Source: Eledone cirrhosa (lineage: Eukaryota). Taken from it: 64,000 bases of DNA. This document shows, piece after piece, positions 27,170 through 39,000 of the stretch (the stretch's first letter is position 1; the number at the start of each line of letters is the position of its first letter). The notes beneath the pieces are model-generated. The model was given only the letters and a program-made list of their open reading frames with translations. It made no database searches and was not told the DNA's origin. The stretch covers positions 232,810,001 to 232,874,000 of the forward strand of contig OZ024741.1 of the NCBI GenBank assembly GCA_964016885.1, in the 5' to 3' direction. Both the position numbers and the translations under genes were made by a program.

Positions 27170-29350
27170 GTAATAATTGGATCCTAGAATACCACAACCT
27201 TTAGATATAAAGAGAAGGAACTAGACTAGGAGGCTAGATGTTACCAGATAGATAAATTCGGGTTTTTTTAAACAAAGTGCCTTGGCTCTGGTACTGAAGA
27301 TTTGACTAGAGGTTGTCACTCCAAAAGTCTGTGGTGTAGGAATGGAGTGCATATGCGGGGACAGTGATAATCACAATCCCTCAGCTGTCAAAATGTGTTT
27401 TGGATTGTATCTCATTAGGAGGGAAGATTTATGTCTTGAAGCCTTGGCTGAAAGAGAGGTCTCTGTGGGCGGTGCAAGTGTATGCACCAAACAAAGAGTC
27501 TGAATAGAGATCCTTCCTTGCAGACGTCACTGCTGCGTTGGTTGTAGTTAAGCCTGTCATATGCCCTCGTGGGAGACTTCTTTGCACTGACTACCTTCCT
27601 CGGAAAGGAGTGATTAGCAGGAACGGGTTCTCGATCGAAATATGAATGGAGAGGAGTCATTAGATTTCTGATCTAGTAATGGGCTCTTTTTCATGAACAC
27701 CTTCTTCCGGCCCAAAGCCTTCAATGAATCTACATGGTATAAAAAGCATCAGAAGCAGAGATCAATAATATATACTGTTATTTTTTCTTATCACTTCCAT
27801 TTTTGCAGGATGTTCGTTTTATGGGTGGGACGGTGCAGTCAAATGAGCACCATATATTTCTCTGGAAATTGAGGCTCAGTAAACCAAGGAGGTCCAGGAC
27901 AAACATGTCCAGGTCGACCAAAATGATAAAATGGGATGATTTACTGTATAAAGAATTCAGAAGCAGTTTTGTGAATAATATTGCATATAATATAGGGGGA
28001 AACTGTTGGAAAATATGCAGTTCCTTCTTCAGGTGTAGATACCGCGGGAGCAGGTGGCTTGGTGTGACTCGGAGTGGCAGGCGCACTCATTGAATCAAGC
28101 GCTCGGATATACCATCCGAGCAAAGAAGACCTCTAAAGACCGACGAGCGTTTCCTATCTTCAGAGAGGTGCATAATCGCGAATTGGAGAGAATTCCTTGC
28201 TGATCCCCTGGACTCTGTCAAAACAACATCTCCTGATGTACACTTGGTGCATCTGTATCGATGACTAATCTCTTGAAGGCTGATGTCACAAGAGAAACAA
28301 AGACTTGAAATGAGTCAAAGTCGCTGGGAAGGATGATATTTACTTCGAGAGGTTAAAAGATATACGCTCTGATTCGTGTGGGTCGGGTGGGTTGGACTTC
28401 TGGACAGGTACATAAGCAATGGCAATTTGGAGTAATCTTTCCAGTTTTCAACAAAGATTGATTGTGACAATGACAGGGGGTAGTCTCTTCGTTAATACTC
28501 CAATGTAAAGTCTATGTTAAGTTTCTGGCAAAGAGATGTGGGGAGACTGTCGAATCGAAGCTAGCTAGCTGAGAAACAGTTCGGTTTTCACCCCTAGCGC
28601 AGCACAGCCAACCAAATATTTACATTGAGGAAGGTTTGGAGAAATCGTGGGGTTATACCCAAAAGGTGTATGCTTACTTCGTAGACCTCAGAAAGATATA
28701 TGACTGCATTCCATGGGACCAGCTCTGGAAGGTTATGCAGGAGAACGGGATCGAGTGACAGGTTCTTGTGGACCTGATGTCTCTATACGAACGCCTCAAT
28801 ATTTATGTTCGGATAAATGGTGCGTCAACAGTGGACAATGTCACATCACCTTTTCATAATTCTCATGAAGTGTATTGATATGCACTGCCGAGTTCAAAGT
28901 GATATTAAGGCTGGAGAACGTAGGATCAGTCTTCTGGAATTTGCAGTCTTCCTGGCGTTGCTTAATTCCTCAAACGGAGAGCTCCCTCACACCTTTGATA
29001 GTACTGCACGGCTGCAATAAAAATCAGTGCTTCGAAGACTGAAACACTCACCCTCTTAAGGAAGCTTGCGCAATGCACTCTTCATGTTAATGGAGTTCAC
29101 TTGAAGCAGCTGGAGCAGTTCAAGCATCTCGGGGAGATGTTCACGGATGGTGGAAGGCAGGATGCTGAATTAACTGCAAGAATTAAAGGACCTGGTGCCG
29201 TACTGCACTAAATTTAGCATTCGGTAATCAGAAGGGTGGAACTTGCCATATTTAATTCGTTATTCGTACCAACACTTATTTCTGATCATGGTAAAACCTG
29301 GGGTAGATCCCGTGCAAGATGGTTGGATAATATACTTGAACTCAACTGAT
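27170..29350 (+). mobile_element. Degraded RTE-clade (Rex3/Expander-like) LINE, APE + RT
   Basis: KEKEL..EARCYQIDKFG, LVGDF, DVRFMGGTVQSNEHH, EKQFGF..RSTANQIFTLR, YAYFVDLRKIYDCIP and FKHLG occur in order. Confidence 0.78.
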
Positions 29351-29549
29351 TAAGCGTGGCGGCCTAATGAGATCAATTGGAAACTTGTTTCTGACAGGAC
29401 CCACAGATTTGGAACACTTCAAAAGGCATGTTTGCTGGGTACAGCAAGAACCCTCCAATATGGCTTGAATATCTCTGGCTGCCGGTAGTGGCTTGATATT
29501 CATTTCAACAAACTTTCCAGTTAAATAACATCAATGACTAAGACTCAAA

Positions 29550-29550
<1 letters not shown>

Positions 29551-29613
<63 letters not shown>
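29551..29613. repeat. (AAT)21 tract: 3' tail or target of Tx1 copy A
   Basis: Abuts the element 3' end, which reads AATAAA-gaaaac-(ATT)n on the minus strand. Confidence 0.95.
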
Positions 29614-29614
<1 letters not shown>

Positions 29615-29857
29615 TTTTCTTTATTAACCACAAGGGTTCACATAAAGTAGACATTAAGGACAGTACAGGACAATACAGGACGGTACAAATGGGCATTTCT
29701 GCGTGTAAAAAAAACAGAGGTTGAAATAAAATAACAAAGAAAAATTCCCCAATAGGGGGGAGACTTCCAAGGGACATTTGTGGAGAAAGCCCATTAAAAG
29801 ACCACAGTGGCCCTGACCACCAGGGCAAGTGCCCTCTCCCAGTTTTCCACCTTTAAT

Positions 29858-32800
29858 TTACAGACACATACTCAGAGAAGGCCCATTCATTCGGGCCATA
29901 CTTGCTTCTCTCACCCATCTTTCAACAAAATGCTGGGAAGAGAGCACTTCCCTCTCTACCCTGATTTTCCTTTTCAAATGAGTTAATCAGGGCATCACCG
30001 AAGAGGTAAGTGCTCGTCTTCAGCCCTTTCAAACGTGTCCACCATACTATCTCTTTCGCCATGGCCACCAGACAGATAAAAACTGCCTGCCCTTCCCGGC
30101 TAAAGGAAGGGGGCGGGGCAATCCTCACGATGGACTCAGCTGATAGCTGGATCCGTCCTACACGTGACAGCAGGTGTTCGACATAAACCCACAAGTCAGC
30201 AATGCTCGGACACTGGACGAGTGCGTGCAGGACGGTTTCGTCGCCCTGCGCGCATCTCGGACATGCCCGGCTGACGGCACCTCCATGCCTGTAGAGTTTA
30301 TCACGAACTGGCAAAGCTCCTCGGTAGCACTGCCAAGCCAGGGATTTCTGGAAGTTGTCCATAGGCCCCGGCCCGAAAGTCCTTCCGAAGAGATTGGCTA
30401 GTTGATTTTCGTCGACGCCTAGAGTTTCTCCAAGTACGTCGTGTCGCTCTTCCCCTCCACTAATCCCCTATAAAACGCCAAGGTGGAGTTTCCACCGATC
30501 ACATTGCCCGATTGGTCGAGGTCTGTGAGCGCCTGAAGACATTCCAGTCTCCAAGCGCTCCCTCTCGGTCTTCGCTTGACCCAGGACTGCAGCTCCGTCA
30601 AGGAGACGAGCTGGGGAAAAACGTGTCTAGCAAACGGCGACCACACCTGATCACCGTCGAGGAAGAGGTGCAGATGTCGTAGCCTGAGCGCATGCCTGCG
30701 CATCATCAGCCACGGCATGCCCAGCCCTCCACGTAGCGGGTGTTGACAGCAGATGGACCGCCTGACCATCGGAGCGCGTCCCTTCCACAAAAAGCGAAAG
30801 AGCAAACGCTCCAGCGCAGTTAGGCGGGGCTTAGGACAAGGTACGACGGTCAGGCAGTAGTAGATGACGGATGCGATGTACGCATTCGCCACCTCCGCTC
30901 GACCTTTCAGGGATAGCTTCCTCTCGGCCCATTTCTGGGTGAGAGAAGCCACCCTACTCGTCACCTCGTCCCAGTTTTTGTCCGTCTGGAGGTCTGGACC
31001 GAACCAGACCCCTCGCAATTTAACCGGTCCGTCCGTCCATCGCCCGACGACGCTGTTAGACGGCATGGACCTGCCTCTCCAGGTGCCGAGCTGCAGGCCC
31101 ACTGACTTTTCCTGGTTGATCATTGCTCCTGTCACCGCTTCGTATTCTCTTAGTGTAGTGCCGATCGCCTCGATGTGTTTGGCGTTCGACAACACTACGG
31201 TGACATCGTCCGCATATGCTGACACGGATCTTCCGCATCCTAGTTCGCGCGGGATCCCCCTCAACGTCTCCAGTTTGTGCAGTAATGGCTCGAGAGTCAA
31301 TACGTACAATAGGGACGAGAGGGGACATCCTTGGCGGACCGAGCGCATGATGTTGAACGGTTCCGAAAGGTGACCGTTCACTCTCACTACAGAGCAGATG
31401 TTGCTGTGCATCGCAGCGATCCAGTCTCTGAAGACGGGCCCAAAGCCAGCCGCCCTCAGGACTGCCGCTAGGTAACGATCGTCGACCCTATCGAAAGCTT
31501 TCGACTGATCTAAATTGATCAAGGACCCACCCGTGCCAGGTTCCCTAGCTACCCTCTCTACGATGTATCGCATGAGGTGGAGGTTGTCGTGGGTGGATCT
31601 GTCGGGAATGGCGCATGTCTGCGCCTCTCCCACCAGACGACCAACGACAAGCGCCAACCTCTTTGCTAGCACCTTGGCCAAAATCTTGAACTCTGTGTTT
31701 AGCAGAGTTATGGGCCAGAATATATCTATGTTATCCCCCTTGTTGGGATCCTTTCTCAGCAGTGCCACCTCTCCTCGGCTCACAGAACTGGGAATTCTCC
31801 TGTTCTGTTGCCAGTTGCAGTAGACGTCCGCCAAGAGGCCTCCGAACAAGTCTGGCATCTGTACGTAAAGTTCATAGGGCAGACCATCCAAACCAGGCGA
31901 TTTACCCCTTGTGCAGCCAGTCATTGCCTCCCTTACTTCAGCGGCTGTTATCGGCTTTTCGCAACACTTCGCCTCAGTGGCCGAGAGCCGCGGCAGTCCG
32001 TCGAGGTAGACACTAAAGTCCATCCCTCGACCCGGCCCACCGCTGTCCCCGAACAGCTGAGCGAAGTGCCGCTGAAAAGCTTCACACATTTGCCCGGGAT
32101 CGAGTAGCATGCGCCCGTCGTGGTCCACCAAAGACCGGATCGTGGCTTTGTTGCCACGACGCGCCTCCGCCACTCGGGCCCATTGAACGGCTTTCGTCCC
32201 CTCGTGTCTGAGAGAACACACCCTTGCTCTGACAACGCAGCCTTCGTGCTTTGCATTGAAGAATTGGTCAAGGGCCAATTTCGCCGCAACACGTCGGTCG
32301 CAATGCCTATGCTAAGCGCCTCGTCTAATTTTCTAACTAGTTCTCCCTCTGCTCTATTTTTCTCTATTGCTAAAGCCTTACTAAACCTAATGGATTCTAT
32401 TCTAATCGCTCTTTTCAGAGCAAACCACCACTTGTTGTTGACGATGGCCCCGTCAACGCCCGCTTAACTAGTTCGCTAATCCGGTCTCTGTAGGCCTTGC
32501 GCGCTGCTAAGGAGGCGTTTAGCTTCCAGTAGCCTGGTCCTTGTCTATGAAGCCTATCTAAGTCAAGCACACAGATCACGAATTTGTGGTCCGTGTAGCT
32601 GACTATCTTGAATTGTGGACAGCCTATGCTAGACCTATCTATTTCCCTACAAAATACTCTATCTAGATATGATCTGGATGACCCTATGCGGTTTGTCCAA
32701 GTCCACATTGGCACATTCAGGAAATCCAAACGGTACCTGTCAGACAGTTGAAACCGCCTGAACAGATTTGCGAGGCTTTTACACCCTCCTCCTCTCTCCG

Positions 32801-33266
32801 CTAATCCCACACAGTCCCAGTGTGCATCTAAGATCCCGTTCCAGTCGCCCACTAACACTAAAGAGCGGGACGTTCCAAGAAAGGTCTCCAGACGCCGGAA
32901 GAAATCAGGCCGCCCTGCTCCTGTCGGGGCATAGACGGCCACTAGCCTGAAAGCTTGCCCGTCTCCGCTGGTCACGTCCAGCACCACCAACTTACCCTCT
33001 GGGTCCAGGAAGAGGGCCCGTATGGCGAGATCCAAACCTCTCCGAAAAAGCACAGCAACTCCTCCCCCCGATCCAGAACGGCTGGGAGATGCGTACACAT
33101 CGTAGCCGCCGAAGATCGGTGCGAAGGCCCGTGCTTCGGAGATTCTGGTCTCGCTGATGGCCACTACATCTATGTTTAGTGACCTGAGGTCGTTGAGCAG
33201 GTGACCCTGCTTCCATGACGACCCCAAGCCACGCGAATTTATGCTGCCTATTCTGAGTGAGGTCAT
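29858..33266 (-). pseudogene. Copy A ORF2 (APE endonuclease, RT, C-terminal CCHC finger) with a few frameshifts
   Basis: MTSLRIGSINSRGL...VAISET...VYAP...GDWN...YLDR...TDHK; RQGCPLS, YADD, GGLG; CPRCAQGDETVLHALVQC (ORFs of 283, 619 and 146 aa). Confidence 0.93.
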
Positions 33267-33301
33267 GTTTAAAATAGAGTGGAAAAGATGGGAAAGACCA
33301 C

Positions 33302-35445
33302 TTACCGTACTTTTCGTAGAGGAGGGATGGTTTTTCCATCCCTTTTCACTTGATCGTCTGGTGAAGGGACCGTTGAATCGTCCCTTCGGCTGGTCGTCGG
33401 CTCTTCTATGAGTATGTCCGAATATACTCTTCGATTGAGAGTCCCTCCTAGGTCTCTGAAATCACCAACTGCGTTGGGGAATTTCGTTTTAATGTTTGTG
33501 TATTGTTTCTGTGCTATTTTTAGCAGTCTTATGTTAGTTGGCGTTTTGATTGGTGCTGGTATTATGTAGTCGTGTTGTGAAATGTCTGTGTGTTCAATTA
33601 TGTAAGTCATTAGTTTCTTGTTGTGTATTTATTGCCGTGCATTTGTTTTTCTGGGGTGGGGTGGGGTTCTGCTATTTTCTTGTCGTTGTTGCTGGGTGTG
33701 TGTGTTTTGTTGTTGTGTTTGCGATGTTGGTGCTTGTGGTGGTGGTGTTGAAGGTGTTGTTGTTGGCGGTGGGGTTGCCGCCGGTGGTGAAGGTAATGCT
33801 AGTGTGGCTGGTGATGGTGTTGGTTGTGTTGTTGCTGTAAGTCTCTTTGCAGTAGCCTTCACCCTGATTTCATCTCTTCCCTCCCTTTTCGAAGGCGATG
33901 ATGCGCTGCTTCTGCGTGTGTGCCTTCTTGCGACCATCTGCCATCCCTCTCTCGCCTCACACTCCATGTCCGATTATGTGAGGTCGGGGAGGGGTACCAG
34001 CTCCACTCTTTCACTTGTTCTTGTTAGTGATGTTTGCAGTGGAGTCTCTGTTGCAGCTTCAGTTAGTATTACTGTTGTCATTGTTAATACTTCCACTGTT
34101 GCTGCTGTTTTTGATTTACGTGGCGTGGGTATGGGTGCCAAGGACCTATCCTTCCTGCTTGCCGCCTGTCCTGTTGCTGGTAGCTGTGGAGCCGGTTTCG
34201 GAAGGAGGGTTTTTTTCCCTTTCTCAGGGTCTTCCCATTGCAGAAGGCCCTGAGGTGAGTCTTCGACCCACAGCGAAAGCATTTCGGGCGCTTGCCCTCA
34301 ACACTTATGGGAAGTTGAGTGCCGTTATCCAAGTCTATCACATCCGGGATAGCTTCGATGCACTCCTGGTTGGTTTGAATTAACATCTCGATGGAGGCGC
34401 AGACGCAATCTTCTCGTACTTTTTTCTGTACTTGCAGTACGGTTGTTTGGTCCTCGATTCCGACGAGGACAGACGCGGCCAGCCAAGAAGGGGCCATCCC
34501 GGGAAGGGGGGGGGGACGGGAGTCAGTTTTACCCTCACAATTTTTTGATCGCAGTAGGAAGGCACCAAAACCATTTCCTCGCTCCTTAGGGTCACTAAGG
34601 ATTGAGCCTTTGCCTCCTGGGTGTGGCAAAAAGCACGTCCACGGTGGCATATTTCTTGCCTTGGGTGATATGCGTTTTCTGCTGCCACACAGGCCCTAAG
34701 GATTTTTGTATTTGAGCCTCTGTGGCTCTTTCAACCCTACGTGATTTTGTGCTTACTGTACGGTACGTGACCGTACAGTGCTGTTGGATTTCTAAAAATT
34801 CTTCGGCTGCCTTGCAGATTGCTCGGTGTCCGGTTTTCGTCACCATCTTCCTTGCTTCCTGTAATTCCTCATTTGTTATAAGGATGGTTTCCAGGATCTT
34901 TGCGATACCTGCAAACGAGATTGGTTTTTTTCTTTCTTATTGTTGTCGTCAGAGCTGCTGTTACTTTTGTTGTTGCTGCTGGTACTACGACCGCTGCCGC
35001 CGCTTGTTGCTGTTGCTGTTGTTGTTGTTGTTGTTGTTGCTGTTGCTGTTGCTGCTGTTGTTGTTTATGCTGCTGCTGATGTTGTTGCGGCTGCTACTAG
35101 TATTTTTCCCACCATTGTTGCTGCTGCTGCTGCTGTTTTTACGGCTGCTGCTGCTATTCTTCATGACGTCAGACTAATGAAATGGCTTTCCGTATTTACC
35201 GCACACATCGTCGTCGTCGTGGAGAAATGTTCAACGGCACGAGCGTTCTATTCATGAAGAACGCTACGAGAAACAACATTTTTCTTTTTCTTTAATGGCG
35301 TCGCTTGCGAAAGAGGGGACAGAGGTGACACCACATTTAGAGAAGGGAAGGAGAGAGACAATCTTTTCTCTGACGTAATAACGATTGGGGAAGAAGAAGA
35401 CGGAAGGAGTGGGAGTGACTTGAGAAAATTCTTTTTTGTAGCCAT
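33302..35445 (-). pseudogene. Copy A ORF1 (gag-like, zinc knuckle), frameshifted
   Basis: MATKKNFLKS start; low-complexity tract; VEGKRPKCFRCGSKTHLRAFC (CX2CX4HX4C); stop 35 nt before the ORF2 ATG. Confidence 0.85.
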
Positions 35446-35662
35446 GTTTTTTTACGGTTTAAAATGAATATTGGGCACAAATCCCCAATAACTGGTTATT
35501 TAAACACGAAGGGCCAGATAACGGGCAGAAAGACGCCTCTCACGAGGAGGAGGGTGTCTTTATCTACAATTTGGTGCAAGTTTGAAACAATTTACAATTG
35601 TTATAACGGTTAAAAATTACAATACCTTACACAGCCGAGCCTCCGTCAACCATAATAATAAT

Positions 35663-36046
35663 AATTGTTTCTACTATTGGCACAAGGCCAGCAATTATCC
35701 CCCGTGCATTACTGGTACTTTATTTTATCGACCCCGTAAGGATGAAAGGCAAAGTTAACCTCGGCGGGATTTGAACTCAGAATGGCAATGGCCGTAACTC
35801 TATGCGTCAAATCATGGTGTCCGACCCTCTACCAATACTGCCAATCACCATAATAATAATAATTGTTTCTACTTTAGGCACAAGGCCAGCAATTACCCAG
35901 TGCATTACTGGTACTTTATTTTATCGACCCCGTAAGGATGAAAGGCAAAGTCAACCTCGGCGGGATTTGAACTCAGATCGTAAAGGGACGTAACTATGCT
36001 GGAAAGCATGGCGTCCAACCCTCTACCGATACTGCCAATCCACCGC
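35663..36046 (-). mobile_element. Two tandem near full-length SINEs, each with an (ATT)n tail, between Tx1 copies B and A
   Basis: Reverse-complement matches to the SINE at 35663-35850 and 35861-36046. Confidence 0.93.
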
Positions 36047-36077
36047 CCTCAAATAATAATAATGATTAGCAACAAGT

Positions 36078-39000
36078 GCTTTCTTTATTAACCCCAAGGA
36101 TTTACACAAAGTAAGACATTAAGGACAATACAGGACAATATAGGACGGTACAAATGAGCATTTCTGCGTGTAAAAAAATCACAGAAGATCTAACAAAAAA
36201 AGAAACTATGAAAAATTCCCCAATAGGGGGGAGACTTCCGAGGGACATTCGTGGAGAAACCCATTTAAAAAAGACAACCAGGGCAAGTGCCCTCTCCCAG
36301 TTTTCCACCTTCAATTCACACGGGCCATTCTTGCCTCTCTCACCCATCTTTTAACAGAATGCTGGGAAGAGAGCTCTTCCCTCTCTACCCTGATTTTCCT
36401 TTTCAAATGAAATTTGAAAAAGTTAAACAGGGCATCACCGAAGAAGTAAGTGCTCGCTTCAGCCCTTTCAAACGCGTCCACCACACTATCTCTTTCGCCA
36501 TGGCCACCAGACAGATAAAAACCGCCTGCCCTTCCCGGCTAAAGGAAGAGGGCGGCACAATACTCACGATGGACACAGCTGATAGCCGGATCCGTCATTA
36601 CACGCGACAGCAGGTGTTCGACATAAACCCACAAGTCAGCAATGCTCGGACACTGGACGAGTGAATGCAGGACGGTTCCGTCGCCCTGCGCGCATCTCGT
36701 ACATACCTGGCTGAGGGCACCACCATGGCTGTGGAGTTTATCCCGAACTGGCAAAACTCCTCGGTAGCACTGCCAGGCCAAGGATTTCTGGAAGTTGTCC
36801 ATAGGCCCGGGCCCGAAGGTTCTTCCGGCCAGTTGATATTCGTCGACGCCTAGTGTTTCCCCAAGTACGTCGTCGTTCTTCCCCTCCACTAATCTTCTAT
36901 AGAACGCCAAGGTGGAGTTTCCACCGATCACATTGCCAGGACTCGTCGAGAGCTGTGAGTGCCTGAAGATATTCCAGTCTCCAAGCGCTCCCACTCGGTA
37001 TTCGCTTGACCCAGGACTGGAGCTCCGTTAAGGAGACGAGCTGGGGTCAAACGCGTCTAGCAAACGGCGACCACACCTGTTCACCGTCGAGGAAGAGGTG
37101 CAGATGTCGTAGCCTGGGCGCGTGTCTGCGCATCATCAGACACGACATGCCCAGCCCTCCACGTAGCGGGTGTCGACAGTAGATGGACCGCCTGACCATC
37201 GCAGCGCGTCCCTTCCACAAAAAGTGAAAGAGCAAACGCTCCAGCGCAGAGGCGAGGCTTAGGACAAGGTACGACGGTCAGGCTGTTGTAGATGACGGAC
37301 GCGATGTACGCATTCGCCACCTCCGCTCGACATTTCAGGGATAGCTTCCTCTAAGCCCATTTCTGGGTGAGAGAAGCCACCCTGCTCGTCACCTCGTCCA
37401 GTTTTTGTCCGTCTGGAGGTCCCGAACGAAACAGACCCATAACAATTTAACCGGTCCGTCCGTCTAGCTTCCGACGACGCTGTTGGACGGCATGCACCTT
37501 CTTCTCCGGGTGCCGAGATGCAGGCCAACCGACTTTTCCTGGTTGATCATTGCTCCTGTCACCGCCTCGTATTCTCTTAGTGTAGTGCCGATTGTCTCAA
37601 AGTCTTTGGGTTCGACACCATCACGCGTATGCTGACACGGATCTTCCGCATCCTAGTTCGCGCGAAACCCCTCAACGTATCCAGTTTGTGCAGTAATGGA
37701 TCGAGAGTCACACGTACAACAGGGACGAGAGGGGACATCCTTGACGGACCGAGCGCATGGTTTGGACGGTTTCGAAAGGTGACCGTTCACTCTCACCACA
37801 CATTAGATGTCGCTGTGCATGGCAGCGATCCAGCCTCTGGAGACGGGCCCAAAGCCAGCCGCCCTCAGGACTGCCGCCAGATAACGATGGTCGACCCTAT
37901 CGAAAGTTTCAACTGATCAAAATTGAAGAAGGACCCACCCTTGCCAGGTTCCCTAGCTAGCCTCTCCACGATGTATCGCATGAGGTGGAGGTTGTTGTGG
38001 ATGGATCTCTCTGGAATGGCGCATCTCTGCACCTCTCCCACCAGACCACCAGCGACAAGCGCCAACCTCTTTGCTAGCATCTTGGCCAAAACCTTGAACT
38101 CTGTGATTTGCAGAGTTATGGGCCTGAAATTATCTATGTTATCCCCAGAATGTTTCTCAGCAGTTCCACGCCTCCTCGGCTCACAGAGCTGGGAATTCTC
38201 CCGTTCTGTTGACAGTTGCAGTAGACGTCCTCCAAGAGGCCTCCGAACAAGTCTGGCATCTGTACGTAAAGTTCATAGGGCAGACCATCCAAACCAGGCG
38301 ATTTACCCCTTGTGCAGCCAGTCATTGCCTTCCGTACTTTAGCGGCTGATATCGGCTTTTCACAACTCTCAGCCTCAGTGGCCGAGAGCCGCGGCAGTCC
38401 GTCGAGGTAGGCACTAAAGTCCTTTCCACGATCCGACCCGCCGCTGCCCCCGAACAGCTGTGCGAAGTGTCGCTGAAAATCTTCACACATTTGCCCGGGA
38501 TCGAGTAGCATGTGCCCGTCGTGGTCCACCAAAGACCGTATTGTGGCTTTGTTGCCACGACGCGCCTCCGCCATTCAGGACCATTGAACGGCTTTCGTCC
38601 CCTCGTGTATGAGAGCACGCACCCTTGCTCTGACAACGCAGCCTTCGTGCTTTGCATTGAAGAATTGGTCAAGGGCCAAATTCGCCGCAAGTACGTCGGT
38701 CGCGATGCCTTTGCTAAGCGCCTCGTCTAATTTTCTAACTAGTTCTCCCTTTGCTTTATTTTTCTCTATTGCTAAAGCCTTACTGAATCTATTGGACTCT
38801 ATTCTAATCGCTCTTTTCAGAGCAGACTACCATTTGTTGTTGACGATGGCCCCCGTCAACGCCCGCTTTACTAGTGCGTCAATGTTGGTCTCTGTAGGCC
38901 TTGCGTGCTGTTAATGACGCGTTTAGCTTCCAGTAGCCGGATCCCTCTCTATGAAGCCTATCTAAGTCAACCTCACAGATCACGAATTTGTGGTCCGTGT

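Larger units (their letters stand above)
29614..35651 (-). mobile_element. Tx1-clade LINE copy A, full length (~6.0 kb), least decayed
   Basis: 5' UTR, ORF1 with CCHC knuckle, ORF2 with APE-RT-zinc finger, 3' UTR with AATAAA; (TTA)n on both sides. Confidence 0.95.

Noticed and set aside
30864-31373. + strand ORFs of 169 aa here and 204 aa at 43477-44091, repeated across copies
   Set aside because: Antisense shadows of the GC-rich RT frame; no recognisable motif and interrupted in other copies.
35663-36046. Repeated units separated by short tracts, superficially CRISPR-like or tRNA-like
   Set aside because: Eukaryotic context; the units are ~185-nt SINEs with A/B boxes but no cloverleaf; no unique spacers or cas genes.
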